Assembly (NCBI GenBank): GCA_038087875.1
Contig: CM075992.1
Span: 7,070,001-7,134,000 of the forward strand
Direction of reading: 5' to 3'
Origin: Malacoraja senta
Lineage: Eukaryota
DNA: 64,000 nucleotides
Position 1 is the first letter of the stretch, and each line of letters starts with the position of its first letter. This document shows, piece by piece, positions 58,901 to 64,000 of this stretch. The position numbers and the translations under genes are program-made. The notes beneath the pieces were generated by a model. The model was not told the origin of the DNA. It saw only the letters and a program-made list of their open reading frames with translations, and did not search any database.

Positions 58901-61454
58901 CCACAACATGAACACCAACCTGATCATCTTGGGCACCTCGTTCATCGACAACTTCATCAGTCTCAAAGATCTGCTTGGGCAGGCCCCGTTGTCTCTCACG
59001 CTGCTTATCCACCGTGCTGACGCTAAATGCAGTGCTCAGCTTTTGATGCCTGTTTCCAAACACAAATCAAAGACGAGGTTATCTAGCGAGGTCTCGCTAG
59101 AATTTAGAAGATTGAGGGGGATCTTATAGAAACTTACAAAATTCTTAAGGGGTTGGACAGGCTAGATGCAGGAAGATTGTTCCTGATGTTGGGGAAGTCC
59201 AGAACATGGGGTCACAATTTAAGGATAAGGGGGAAGTCTTTTAGGACCAAGATGAGAAAAACATTTTTCACACAGAGAGTAGTGAATCTGTGGAATTCTC
59301 TGCCACAGAAGGTAGTTGAGGCCAGTTCATTGGCTATATTTAAGAGGGAGTTCGATGTGGGCCTTGTGGCTAAGGGATCAGGGGGTATGGAAAGAAGGCA
59401 GGTACAGGATACTGAGTTGATCAGCCATGATCATATTGAATGGCGGTGCAGGCTCGAAGGGCCGAATGGCCTACTCCTGCACCTATTTTCTATGTTTCCA
59501 TGTTTCTATGTTACAACGGTAAGCAAGAGATGCTGAAACGATCAGGGGTAGCACTCAGAACTCCACACGCTGTCAGTATCGACACTGAAAGCCAAAGGCC
59601 CTATTTACTGTTTTGTACCATTCTGTCATCAAGGGTTGAATAAGAGAGGAGCTGTGATGCAACTGCATGAAGACTCTATTACAGAATAATTCAGCAAAGA
59701 GCTCAATCCACTTACATTGCCAGTTACAGAACAACACTGCAGGCTCTGACCACAGCTTAAAAACTACTCACAAAAGATAAAAAGACTGCCATTCAATGTT
59801 TAAAAATGAAACATGGAGAAAGGTTGTTGGCAGACCCACTTGTCAAATATTTAGAACGCTAAGATTCTGAACTTACTGAAGAAAATGTTACACGAGTCAT
59901 TTTACATTTAAAATCAACGTTGTCAGCTTTAACTGGAAGATCAGAAACAGTGGCTTGACACACAATATACAATATGTACCTTTAGGTTGCAATACAGTAA
60001 ACCCTCGCAATAACAGACGGACCTCTATATAGCGGACAAAATGTGTAAGAAGGAACTGCAGATGCTGGTTTAAACCGAAGACAGACACAAAAAGCTTGAG
60101 TAACTCAGCGGGACAAGAAGGGCCTCAACCCAAAACACCCCCCTTTACTTCTCTCTAGAGATGCTGCCTGTCCCGCGGAGTTACTCAAGCTTTTTGTGTC
60201 TATCTTCTATATAACGGATGTCTGTTATAGCAGGCCGAGGCTCTCATTGCACCTCCCACTGCTACCGGCAACTGGACTTAACAGGGAACAGAATCTTCCT
60301 ACCACAACCAGAGAACAGTGCTGAACTACTATCTACCTCTTTGGTGACCCTTGGACTATCCTTGATCAGACTTTGCTGGCTTTAACTTGCACTAAACGTT
60401 ATTCCCTTATCATGTATCTATACACCGTAAACTGATCGATTGTAATCATGTATTGTCTTTCTGCTGACTGCTAACAAAAGCTTTTCACTGTACCTTGGTA
60501 GACGTGACAATAAACGAAACGAACTTCCACCAGTTACCCAATGAGCTGGCTCTACGTGGCAGGAGGTTCCGGTCAAGCGAGCATCATGAAGGCAGCGTAA
60601 GTACTGGTCTCATCCCCGGCGTACCCCATGTGTGGCTCCCCAGCCCACAAATTCCCACTTGCTTAACACCCCCTCTCAAATGCCACATTCCTTCCCTCCC
60701 TTTAACTTTACCCCCCTCACTCAGTTACAGCGGACAGTCAGTAATAATGGACACCATTCCCCTCCCCCCCTCGCCGTGGTCCTTTATAGCGAGTGTTTAC
60801 TGTATTTCAGATTCCCAATATCCTACTATTTGTAGATGCGATTCCCACATCAGCTGAACAAGTGTTCTTTTTGTTGAGATTGAAGGGGAGAGAACAAAAT
60901 TAAAGAATCTTTGTTCTTAAATTAACATCCATAGCTTTACAATAGCACGCATTTGATTTGCAGTATATTATACAGATACAAAAAAAGTGATCCCAATCCT
61001 GACTTGTATCTCGTTTCCCTTTCCCCTAACTCTCAGTCTGAAGAAGGGTCTCGACCCGAAACATCACCCATTCCTTTTCTCCAGAGATGCTGTATGACCT
61101 GTTGAGGTACTCCAGCTTTCTTTGTCTATTTTCGCCTTAAACTATCAAAGCTCCATTTATTCTGAGATTCTACGCACCTTTTTGAATATTGCATCCTTTT
61201 CCGCTCCATGCCTGTACTAATTTTCACCTTGCTCTTTTCTACCTGAATATTAAATGTCTAGCTAGATACTGTATCTCACAGCTGCTGCATATCGCCCTTG
61301 GGTAAAACAAACAGTTCTGCAATAAATGAACAGAGCAGGCCGAACCAATGATAAGATTTACAAAGAGAAACCACAATAAACCCACTTTCTGTGAACAATG
61401 ACCCAGTCTTCGGTGTAGATCTGCACAGCATCTCTTACTCGAGGGTCCGCTCCC
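1759..61454 (-). CDS. dock6: DOCK6-like dedicator of cytokinesis (DOCK-C Rac/Cdc42 GEF), partial gene span with 25 internal exons
   Basis: 25 GT-AG exons splice in frame (3142 nt) into a DOCK6/7-type protein. DOCK6-type residues include [88 protein letters not shown] and LLHEE. Exon numbers are by analogy to human DOCK6/7. Confidence 0.9.
2089..2197. mobile_element. Penelope-derived fold-back element with perfect 73-bp palindrome
   Basis: Arms 2125-2160 and 2162-2197 are exact reverse complements. Confidence 0.8.
3103..3352 (+). mobile_element. CR1 LINE 3' fragment
   Basis: [23 protein letters not shown] RT C-terminus and GCCATGATTGAATGGCGG 3'UTR. Confidence 0.8.
3856..3969 (-). CDS. dock6: DOCK6 exon ~27 ([38 protein letters not shown])
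   Basis: tttag|...CAG|gtattt, 114 nt. Confidence 0.95.
4279..4425 (+). mobile_element. Short (GAA)n-tailed non-autonomous retroelement, 12-bp TSD
   Basis: ACTGTAAGCTGT at 4267-4278 and 4426-4437; (GAA)n tail ending at 4425. Confidence 0.8.
4642..4782 (-). CDS. dock6: DOCK6 exon ~26 (VKSMGHHL...RKLRFPERF...SRFQK)
   Basis: aatag|...AAG|gtatta, 141 nt. Confidence 0.95.
5925..6975 (+). mobile_element. HE1-type V-SINE split by a Penelope insertion
   Basis: tRNA head with A/B boxes at 5925-5991; body and tail resume at 6742-6975. Confidence 0.8.
5992..6741 (+). mobile_element. 5'-truncated Penelope-like element (degenerate GIY-YIG endonuclease + 3' pseudo-LTR with hammerhead motif)
   Basis: [17 protein letters not shown]...RFAQHLRSV...PVA*HFNSPSH...HPSGMNIDF across frameshifts and a stop; CTGAAGAAGGGTCTCGACTCGAAAC at 6649; flanked by duplicated GACTACA. 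Confidence 0.85.
7603..7698 (-). CDS. dock6: DOCK6 exon ~25 ([12 protein letters not shown]...FLFQLM)
   Basis: cgcag|...ATG|gtaagt, 96 nt. Confidence 0.95.
7762..7969. mobile_element. Penelope-derived fold-back element
   Basis: Inverted arms; 16-bp near-perfect flanking duplication ACACATTGAAAAYATC. Confidence 0.8.
8971..9158. mobile_element. Penelope-derived fold-back element
   Basis: Inverted arms; 15-bp flanking duplication CAAGTGAGTWTAAAC. Confidence 0.8.
9415..9504 (-). CDS. dock6: DOCK6 exon ~24, probable cassette ([30 protein letters not shown])
   Basis: cacag|...AAG|gtagaa, 90 nt, phase 0-0; resembles DOCK7 AMDRSCNRMSS...PTKK. Confidence 0.85.
10720..11975. mobile_element. Old head-to-head Penelope-like 3'UTR/pLTR pair (purine-rich half then pyrimidine-rich half)
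   Basis: pLTR-like motifs at both outer ends in opposite orientation; strong R/Y strand switch near 11280. Confidence 0.5.
12740..12844 (-). CDS. dock6: DOCK6 exon ~23, probable cassette ([35 protein letters not shown])
   Basis: gccag|...CAG|gtgcag, 105 nt, phase 0-0. Confidence 0.88.
13670..13927 (+). mobile_element. HE1-type V-SINE
   Basis: B box GGTTCGATCCC, V-domain, tail. Confidence 0.85.
16894..17069 (-). CDS. dock6: DOCK6 exon ~22 ([18 protein letters not shown]...[11 protein letters not shown])
   Basis: tacag|...AAA|gtaagt, 176 nt. Confidence 0.93.
19075..19293 (+). mobile_element. L2-tailed short element inserted in an old CR1
   Basis: TGTAAAGCGCTTT...AAAGGCGCTATATAAATAAA L2-type stem-loop tail with (TTTAC)n. 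Confidence 0.6.
19844..20008 (-). CDS. dock6: DOCK6 exon ~21 ([13 protein letters not shown]...HPQFP)
   Basis: tacag|...G|gtatgt, 165 nt. Confidence 0.95.
20212..20392 (-). mobile_element. HE1-type V-SINE (3' part)
   Basis: Reverse complement of tail and V-domain. Confidence 0.8.
21689..21920 (-). CDS. dock6: DOCK6 exon ~20 ([16 protein letters not shown]...RPPVINGQI)
   Basis: cttag|...G|gtatga, 232 nt. Confidence 0.95.
21990..22410 (+). mobile_element. CR1 LINE 3' fragment (interrupted)
   Basis: [12 protein letters not shown] region, 3'UTR and (TTTCTATG)n tail. Confidence 0.8.
22096..22240 (-). mobile_element. Internal Penelope-like ORF fragment inserted in a CR1 copy
   Basis: Encodes [32 protein letters not shown] (pre-RT region of PLEs); 15-bp duplication TGTATTCAAGAGAGA. 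Confidence 0.65.
23411..23497 (-). CDS. dock6: DOCK6 exon ~19 ([29 protein letters not shown])
   Basis: aaaag|...CAG|gtacaa, 87 nt. Confidence 0.95.
23829..24005. mobile_element. Penelope-derived fold-back element
   Basis: Inverted arms with centre deleted; flanking ATATTCCATAG duplication. Confidence 0.8.
24946..25093. mobile_element. Penelope-derived fold-back element
   Basis: Perfect 17-bp flanking duplication ACAGATGAATAGGAGGA. Confidence 0.8.
25006..25039 (-). ncRNA. Minimal hammerhead ribozyme motif (Penelope pLTR), sense to DOCK6
   Basis: Minus strand CUGAAGA-A-GGAUCUCGACCC-GAAA-CGUA; one stem II mismatch. Confidence 0.5.
25239..25340 (-). CDS. dock6: DOCK6 exon ~18 ([13 protein letters not shown]...SYSVLTPD)
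   Basis: ttcag|...GAT|gtaagt, 102 nt. Confidence 0.95.
27658..28276 (-). mobile_element. CR1 LINE 3' fragment with GAGTCA TSD
   Basis: [21 protein letters not shown]...[14 protein letters not shown]; (CATAGAAA)n tail. Confidence 0.88.
29024..29162 (-). CDS. dock6: DOCK6 exon ~17 (SPEFYEEIK...[10 protein letters not shown]...PVGYT)
   Basis: cacag|...ACG|gtaagt, 139 nt. Confidence 0.95.
31023..31312 (+). mobile_element. HE1-type V-SINE
   Basis: Near full-length consensus match. Confidence 0.85.
31481..31551 (-). CDS. dock6: DOCK6 exon ~16 ([24 protein letters not shown])
   Basis: tgcag|...AA|gtgagt, 71 nt. Confidence 0.95.
32460..32777 (+). mobile_element. HE1-type V-SINE, full length
   Basis: GGTGGCACAGTG head, GGTTCGATCCC B box, V-domain, (TAAAC)n tail. 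Confidence 0.88.
33550..33927 (+). mobile_element. Rex1/Babar-like LINE 3' fragment
   Basis: HSLFSLL...[26 protein letters not shown] plus TGTGACAATAAACT tail. Confidence 0.7.
34368..34485 (-). CDS. dock6: DOCK6 exon ~15, start of DHR-1/C2 ([12 protein letters not shown]...SAMP)
   Basis: cttag|...CCG|gtaaaa, 118 nt. Confidence 0.95.
34585..34880 (-). mobile_element. HE1-type V-SINE (older subfamily)
   Basis: Reverse-complement consensus match. Confidence 0.8.
35000..35228. mobile_element. Penelope-derived fold-back element
   Basis: Inverted arms around GACTGATGTGTCTGAAG; intact hammerhead core on the minus strand. Confidence 0.8.
35097..35130 (-). ncRNA. Minimal type-I hammerhead ribozyme motif (Penelope pLTR), sense to DOCK6 pre-mRNA
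   Basis: Minus strand AGU-CUGAAGA-A-GGGU(CUCC)ACCC-GAAA-CGUC-ACC; palindromic ACGU stem III; very short stem I. Confidence 0.65.
38692..38936 (+). mobile_element. HE1-type V-SINE (headless), abutting a Penelope-derived element
   Basis: V-domain and tail present. Confidence 0.8.
38994..39005 (+). promoter_or_regulatory. Candidate CTCF site
   Basis: CCACTAGAGGGC matches the CTCF core; lies in non-repeat intronic DNA. Confidence 0.45.
39968..40196 (+). mobile_element. CR1/HER1-like LINE 3' fragment
   Basis: [15 protein letters not shown] region; tail shared with the HE1 SINE. Confidence 0.75.
40784..40946 (-). CDS. dock6: DOCK6 exon ~14 ([12 protein letters not shown]...[18 protein letters not shown])
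   Basis: tgcag|...AG|gtgata, 163 nt; not listed in this frame by the ORF track. Confidence 0.95.
42048..42082 (+). ncRNA. Minimal hammerhead ribozyme motif (Penelope pLTR)
   Basis: CTGAAGA-A-GGGT(CTCG)ACCC-GAAA-CATC. Confidence 0.6.
42211..42304 (-). CDS. dock6: DOCK6 exon ~13 ([31 protein letters not shown])
   Basis: ctcag|...G|gtaact, 94 nt. Confidence 0.95.
42940..43064 (-). CDS. dock6: DOCK6 exon ~12 (ERKGTWTDR...[13 protein letters not shown])
   Basis: tctag|...CAG|gtaaat, 125 nt. Confidence 0.95.
43796..44141. repeat. 346-bp GC-rich inverted repeat
   Basis: Two ~160-bp arms of high identity around a G-rich loop at 43964-43984. Confidence 0.9.
44400..45090. repeat. Degenerate C-rich minisatellite (unit ~CCATCCATCCTGTACTGATCCCC)
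   Basis: Many imperfect tandem copies visible. Confidence 0.75.
46240..46544 (+). mobile_element. HE1-type V-SINE inserted in a Penelope-derived fold-back element
   Basis: Full length; AACTC duplicated at 46235-46239 and 46545-46549. Confidence 0.88.
46702..46858 (-). CDS. dock6: DOCK6 exon ~11 (HKEKVEKLK...[11 protein letters not shown]...DSEN)
   Basis: catag|...G|gtgaga, 157 nt. Confidence 0.95.
47508..47965 (+). mobile_element. CR1 LINE 3' fragment
   Basis: [37 protein letters not shown]. Confidence 0.88.
48027..48107 (-). CDS. dock6: DOCK6 exon ~10 ([27 protein letters not shown])
   Basis: gcag|...AAG|gtgagg, 81 nt. Confidence 0.95.
48273..48422 (-). CDS. dock6: DOCK6 exon ~9 ([11 protein letters not shown]...DIFLVIK)
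   Basis: ctag|...AAG|gtaaga, 150 nt. Confidence 0.95.
49125..49620 (+). mobile_element. CR1/HER1-like LINE 3' fragment
   Basis: [29 protein letters not shown]. Confidence 0.82.
49989..50055 (-). CDS. dock6: DOCK6 exon ~8 ([22 protein letters not shown])
   Basis: caaag|...AAG|gttagt, 67 nt. Confidence 0.95.
50198..50778 (+). mobile_element. CR1 LINE 3' fragment
   Basis: [19 protein letters not shown]...[10 protein letters not shown]...[14 protein letters not shown]. Confidence 0.9.
51010..51302 (+). mobile_element. HE1-type V-SINE
   Basis: Consensus match with internal deletion. Confidence 0.85.
51878..51963 (-). CDS. dock6: DOCK6 exon ~7 ([29 protein letters not shown])
   Basis: ggcag|...AA|gtgagt, 86 nt. 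Confidence 0.95.
52372..52810 (-). mobile_element. Rex1/Babar-like LINE 3' fragment
   Basis: Reverse complement of the 33550-33927 family. Confidence 0.7.
54316..54628 (-). mobile_element. HE1-type V-SINE, full length
   Basis: Reverse-complement consensus match. Confidence 0.88.
55335..55650 (-). mobile_element. HE1-type V-SINE (older subfamily)
   Basis: Reverse-complement consensus match. Confidence 0.82.
56272..56582 (+). mobile_element. Bipartite non-autonomous RTE-clade element (5'UTR fused to 3' tail), 10-bp TSD
   Basis: ACAAGCAAAT TSD; RTE-type 5' motifs CCTTGTCGTGG...GAGCTATGCC...GGACAGGTC...GATCCACTGG; 3' [10 protein letters not shown] coding end and (TAAG)n tail. Confidence 0.8.
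56669..56881 (-). CDS. dock6: DOCK6 exon ~6 ([25 protein letters not shown]...PPPDE)
   Basis: ggtag|...GAG|gtaaag, 213 nt. Confidence 0.95.
56962..57468 (+). mobile_element. CR1/HER1-like LINE 3' fragment
   Basis: [30 protein letters not shown]; tail GGGCCGAAG shared with HE1. Confidence 0.85.
58586..58851 (+). mobile_element. HE1-type V-SINE inserted in a Penelope-derived element
   Basis: Consensus match; pLTR sequence on both sides (58501-58580, 58852-58905). Confidence 0.85.
58920..59049 (-). CDS. dock6: DOCK6 exon ~5 (HQKLSTAF...ERGAQDDQ)
   Basis: aacag|...CAG|gttggt, 130 nt, [14 protein letters not shown] motif. Confidence 0.92.
59096..59510 (+). mobile_element. CR1 LINE 3' fragment (same young subfamily as 27658-28276)
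   Basis: Near-identical reverse complement of the 27.7-28.0 kb copy. Confidence 0.88.
59995..60802. mobile_element. Tc1/mariner-type MITE carrying nested Penelope and Rex fragments
   Basis: TA-flanked TIRs CAGTAAACCCTCGCAATAA / TTATAGCGAGTGTTTACTG; a same-family right end lies at ~410-489. Confidence 0.7.
61035..61069 (+). ncRNA. Minimal hammerhead ribozyme motif (Penelope pLTR)
   Basis: CTGAAGA-A-GGGT(CTCG)ACCC-GAAA-CATC. Confidence 0.6.
61386..61454 (-). CDS. dock6: DOCK6 exon ~4 ([23 protein letters not shown])
   Basis: ttgcag|...AA|gtgggt, 69 nt, YTEDW motif. Confidence 0.9.
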
Positions 61455-61946
61455 CTGCAAGAGAAAGAATGAAGTAATTCATGAAAATTCAACAGCTACA
61501 GACCTCTTTCCTTTGTTAAAAACCAACCCACTGCAATATTGGTCCAATTTAACTAAAATTATGGGGTCTTCTCTCAACAGATACTTTAATCTTTCATCTG
61601 TATCCAAGAAACCAGTATTTGAATCCTGGCCACCCAGCTGAGAGCAGTATAGCTCTGCATCTAATTTACCTAACAGGATCTGTTGGGATTGCCATCCTGG
61701 AAGAAATAAGATTGTGCATCGCAGAATTTTGCTATGTCAATAACTATTTGTTTGACTTCCGGTGGCGTCATGTTAGACTAACAGACGTGCACCCAGCTCC
61801 TCTCCCGAAAAACTTCACGATTTATCGTGTAAAACGGGTCCGAAAATCGGGATTGTTTTTAAAAACCTTACCGGAGCTTCTGGTTACCGCGCTGATGACG
61901 TCATCGTTAAACGCGATGTTTTAAACGGTGGTTTGAAGCCCTTTAA

Positions 61947-63017
61947 ATGAGTAAATTGACTCCAGCTGTGAGCCCTCAGAGAGCTGTGAATAAACTGTCG
62001 AAACAGTTCGAAACTGAAGTTACCTCTGAAGTCTCTGAAGTGGCTGCAGAAATGGATACAAGATCTAAGAAAGACTTTGATGACTTGAAAAAATCAATGA
62101 AAAATTTGAAAGATGAGATCTCGGATAATAGGGTGGAAGATAAGAAGGAAATGAAGGAAAATTCGGCAAAAATGATGGAAGGAATGCAGAAGATGATGAA
62201 GGATTTAAATGCTGGTAACCAGAAGAATATGACGGATTTACTGGACACTATGAATAAACGAATTGATGAGGTGAAAGATGGACTATCAGAGAAAATGGAT
62301 AAGATGGATGTAATTACTACGGATAAGTTCACGGCTGTACTTGAAACAGTAGCTGCAAGTATGCAGACAATCACGGAATTGGAGAAAAATACGGCACGAC
62401 TTGTTGAAGACATGGCGAAACTGAGGCAAGAACATGAGCAAATGAGGCGAGAAAACGAACAAGCATCACTACAAATGGGGACTCAATTAGAGAAAGTCTC
62501 ATTCAAATGCCTGGACCTGGAAGCTCGTTCTAGACGCCAGAATCTGAGGATTCTTGGTGTTTCAGAGGGGGCAGAAGGGGAACAGGTACGTGAATTTGCC
62601 ATGGGCTTGTTGAAACAACTGTTGAATCTTCCCAAGGAACCGAAAATCGAAGTGGCTCATCGTGTCCCAAGATTTGGAAAAAGATTTGATGCGGGAAAAG
62701 CTTATCCACGACATATTATAGTGAAATTTCGAGATACTGCAGAACTGGAATATGTTATGACCCATATCAAATATGGTGTACAATTACGGCTGGACAAAGA
62801 CACTATTAAGATATTCAGGGACTACCCACATGAAATTGTGCAAAAAAGAAACAAATTTGATAAGGTTAAAGATCTTTTAAGAGGGAGAGAAGGGGTCAGA
62901 TTCGGGGTTTTTTATCCCGCTAAAATGCGTATTTCTTTTAATGGTCTTGAAAAGTCATTTGTTAAGCCTGAAGACGCTTTCAAATATGCCCAAACGATTG
63001 TTGAAAGACAGAAATAA
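61947..63017 (+). CDS. L1 ORF1p (coiled coil + RRM + CTD), 356 aa
   Basis: K/E/M-rich coiled coil, then LEARSRRQNLRILGVSEG, IEVAHRV, PRHIIVKF, IFRDYP and YPAKMRI motifs of L1 ORF1. Confidence 0.92.
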   Translation: MSKLTPAVSPQRAVNKLSKQFETEVTSEVSEVAAEMDTRSKKDFDDLKKSMKNLKDEISDNRVEDKKEMKENSAKMMEGMQKMMKDLNAGNQKNMTDLLDTMNKRIDEVKDGLSEKMDKMDVITTDKFTAVLETVAASMQTITELEKNTARLVEDMAKLRQEHEQMRRENEQASLQMGTQLEKVSFKCLDLEARSRRQNLRILGVSEGAEGEQVREFAMGLLKQLLNLPKEPKIEVAHRVPRFGKRFDAGKAYPRHIIVKFRDTAELEYVMTHIKYGVQLRLDKDTIKIFRDYPHEIVQKRNKFDKVKDLLRGREGVRFGVFYPAKMRISFNGLEKSFVKPEDAFKYAQTIVERQK

Positions 63018-63823
63018 AAGGGAGCTTTGGCAGATCCGAATAATTCTCAGCTATGTTTTGTCTGGGGATAGTTACACTGTTATCTCCGGAATGTTGAAGC
63101 AAGGACATTTTCTGTTCAAAACGTGTAAACAACTTTATAACGGGATATGAATTAGAAAATAATTGCTTATTGATTAAAATGTTATAACCAATTGTAAGAA
63201 CTTATCCTATTAACAACTTTAAAAGTTATGCAGGTTAGATTAGAATACTAACAAAAAAAACAAAAAAAATAATGAACTAACATACTAATATGAATTTTTA
63301 ATAAATTGTAACCTTGTCTATAAGCAGGAGGAGGGGATGAGAAACGAGCTCCTGGCTTATGTCCAGGAGCACGTCTCGTTAACCCCTTCAACCAACAGCT
63401 GATTCTTATTGAAATCAAAAATATTGGTTTAATAATTAAACTCTGATATATATATATGTTATAAGGAAATATCAGGGTAAAATTGTATTATATATATGAA
63501 TGTGAGGCCTCGTTTTAATATTTTAATATGTTATGATTAACTAAGAGAGCGGAGCGAGTTGAGCAACAACGCAATGGAAGTCAAAATAAGGTTTTTTCCC
63601 ACCTACAGGTGGGTCACTTGCTACAGTGCCGACTATAGACACTGTAGCCTCACTCTTTTAGTTTTTTTTTTATTACATAAAATCACTTGTTTGTGTTTTG
63701 TGTTTAGTGATAAGAATAATATGGACATACCAACAAAAGTTAATAATTCAAAAACTCCCCCAATACCTAAAGACCTGGGATATGGACGCACCACAAGATT
63801 CAAAGGTACTATAATTATTCAAA

Positions 63824-64000
63824 ATGCATGACACCACACAAAAGAACCTAGGAGGAGTCTCATTTTGTAGTTGGAATATAAGAGGCATTAATGAACCTAT
63901 CAAAAGGGGTAAGATATTAGCTCAGCTAAAAATGTATAATTCTGACATTACCTTCCTACAAGAAACACACCTAAAACCTCAGGACCAAGTTAGGCTGAGG
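63824..64000 (+). CDS. L1 ORF2p N-terminus (APE endonuclease), partial
   Basis: MHDTTQKNLGGVSFCSWNIRGINEPIKRGKIL...DITFLQETHL, containing the SWNxxG and LQETH APE motifs; open to the window end. Confidence 0.9.
   Translation, partial: MHDTTQKNLGGVSFCSWNIRGINEPIKRGKILAQLKMYNSDITFLQETHLKPQDQVRLR

Larger units (their letters stand above)
61754..64000 (+). mobile_element. L1-clade LINE, 5' portion (5'UTR, ORF1, ~800-bp spacer, start of ORF2), antisense within DOCK6 intron ~3
   Basis: Starts GACTTCCGGTGGCG, as is typical of fish L1 5' ends; CpG-rich UTR; intact ORF1 followed by an APE endonuclease N-terminus; runs off the window. Confidence 0.9.

Noticed and set aside
61228..61242. Possible 15-nt microexon (cag|GTAGAAAAGAGCAAG|gtgaaa) between exons ~4 and ~5
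   Set aside because: It would introduce an immediate in-frame TAG and has a weak pyrimidine tract; likely chance.
1759..61454. Assignment as DOCK7 or DOCK8
   Set aside because: Overall similarity to DOCK7 is high, but many paralog-diagnostic residues and the [17 protein letters not shown] exon match DOCK6. A phylogeny plus synteny check would be decisive.
61976..62413. 145-aa minus-strand ORF
   Set aside because: It is the antisense shadow of the L1 ORF1 coiled coil, with no independent evidence.

Overview
Eukaryotic DNA, almost certainly a cartilaginous fish (skate/ray-like), inferred from HE1-type V-SINEs and CR1/HER1-like LINE tails. The window holds 25 consecutive internal coding exons of a minus-strand DOCK-C gene (about exons 4-28, 3142 nt, ~1047 codons, all GT-AG with consistent phases). 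Diagnostic residues favour DOCK6 over DOCK7. The exons cover the N-terminal region, the DHR-1/C2 domain and the start of the armadillo region; both gene ends lie outside the window. Introns are packed with mobile DNA: HE1 SINEs, CR1, Rex1/Babar-like and L2-type tails, Tc1/mariner- and hAT-like non-autonomous DNA elements, and the 5' end of an apparently young L1 (intact ORF1, start of ORF2). The most interesting layer is ribozyme-like retroelement sequence: (i) roughly 20 or more short Penelope-derived fold-back elements carrying minimal hammerhead cores, many with 10-17 bp target duplications; (ii) a 147-bp (GAA)n-tailed element whose 5' end resembles a deleted HDV-like ribozyme; (iii) a 311-bp bipartite RTE-type element with a related structured 5' end. 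No nested ANGPTL gene is visible in the intron that hosts ANGPTL8/ANGPTL3 in mammals. Family assignments rest on recognising motifs from memory, not on database searches, and repeat boundaries are approximate unless a TSD is given.
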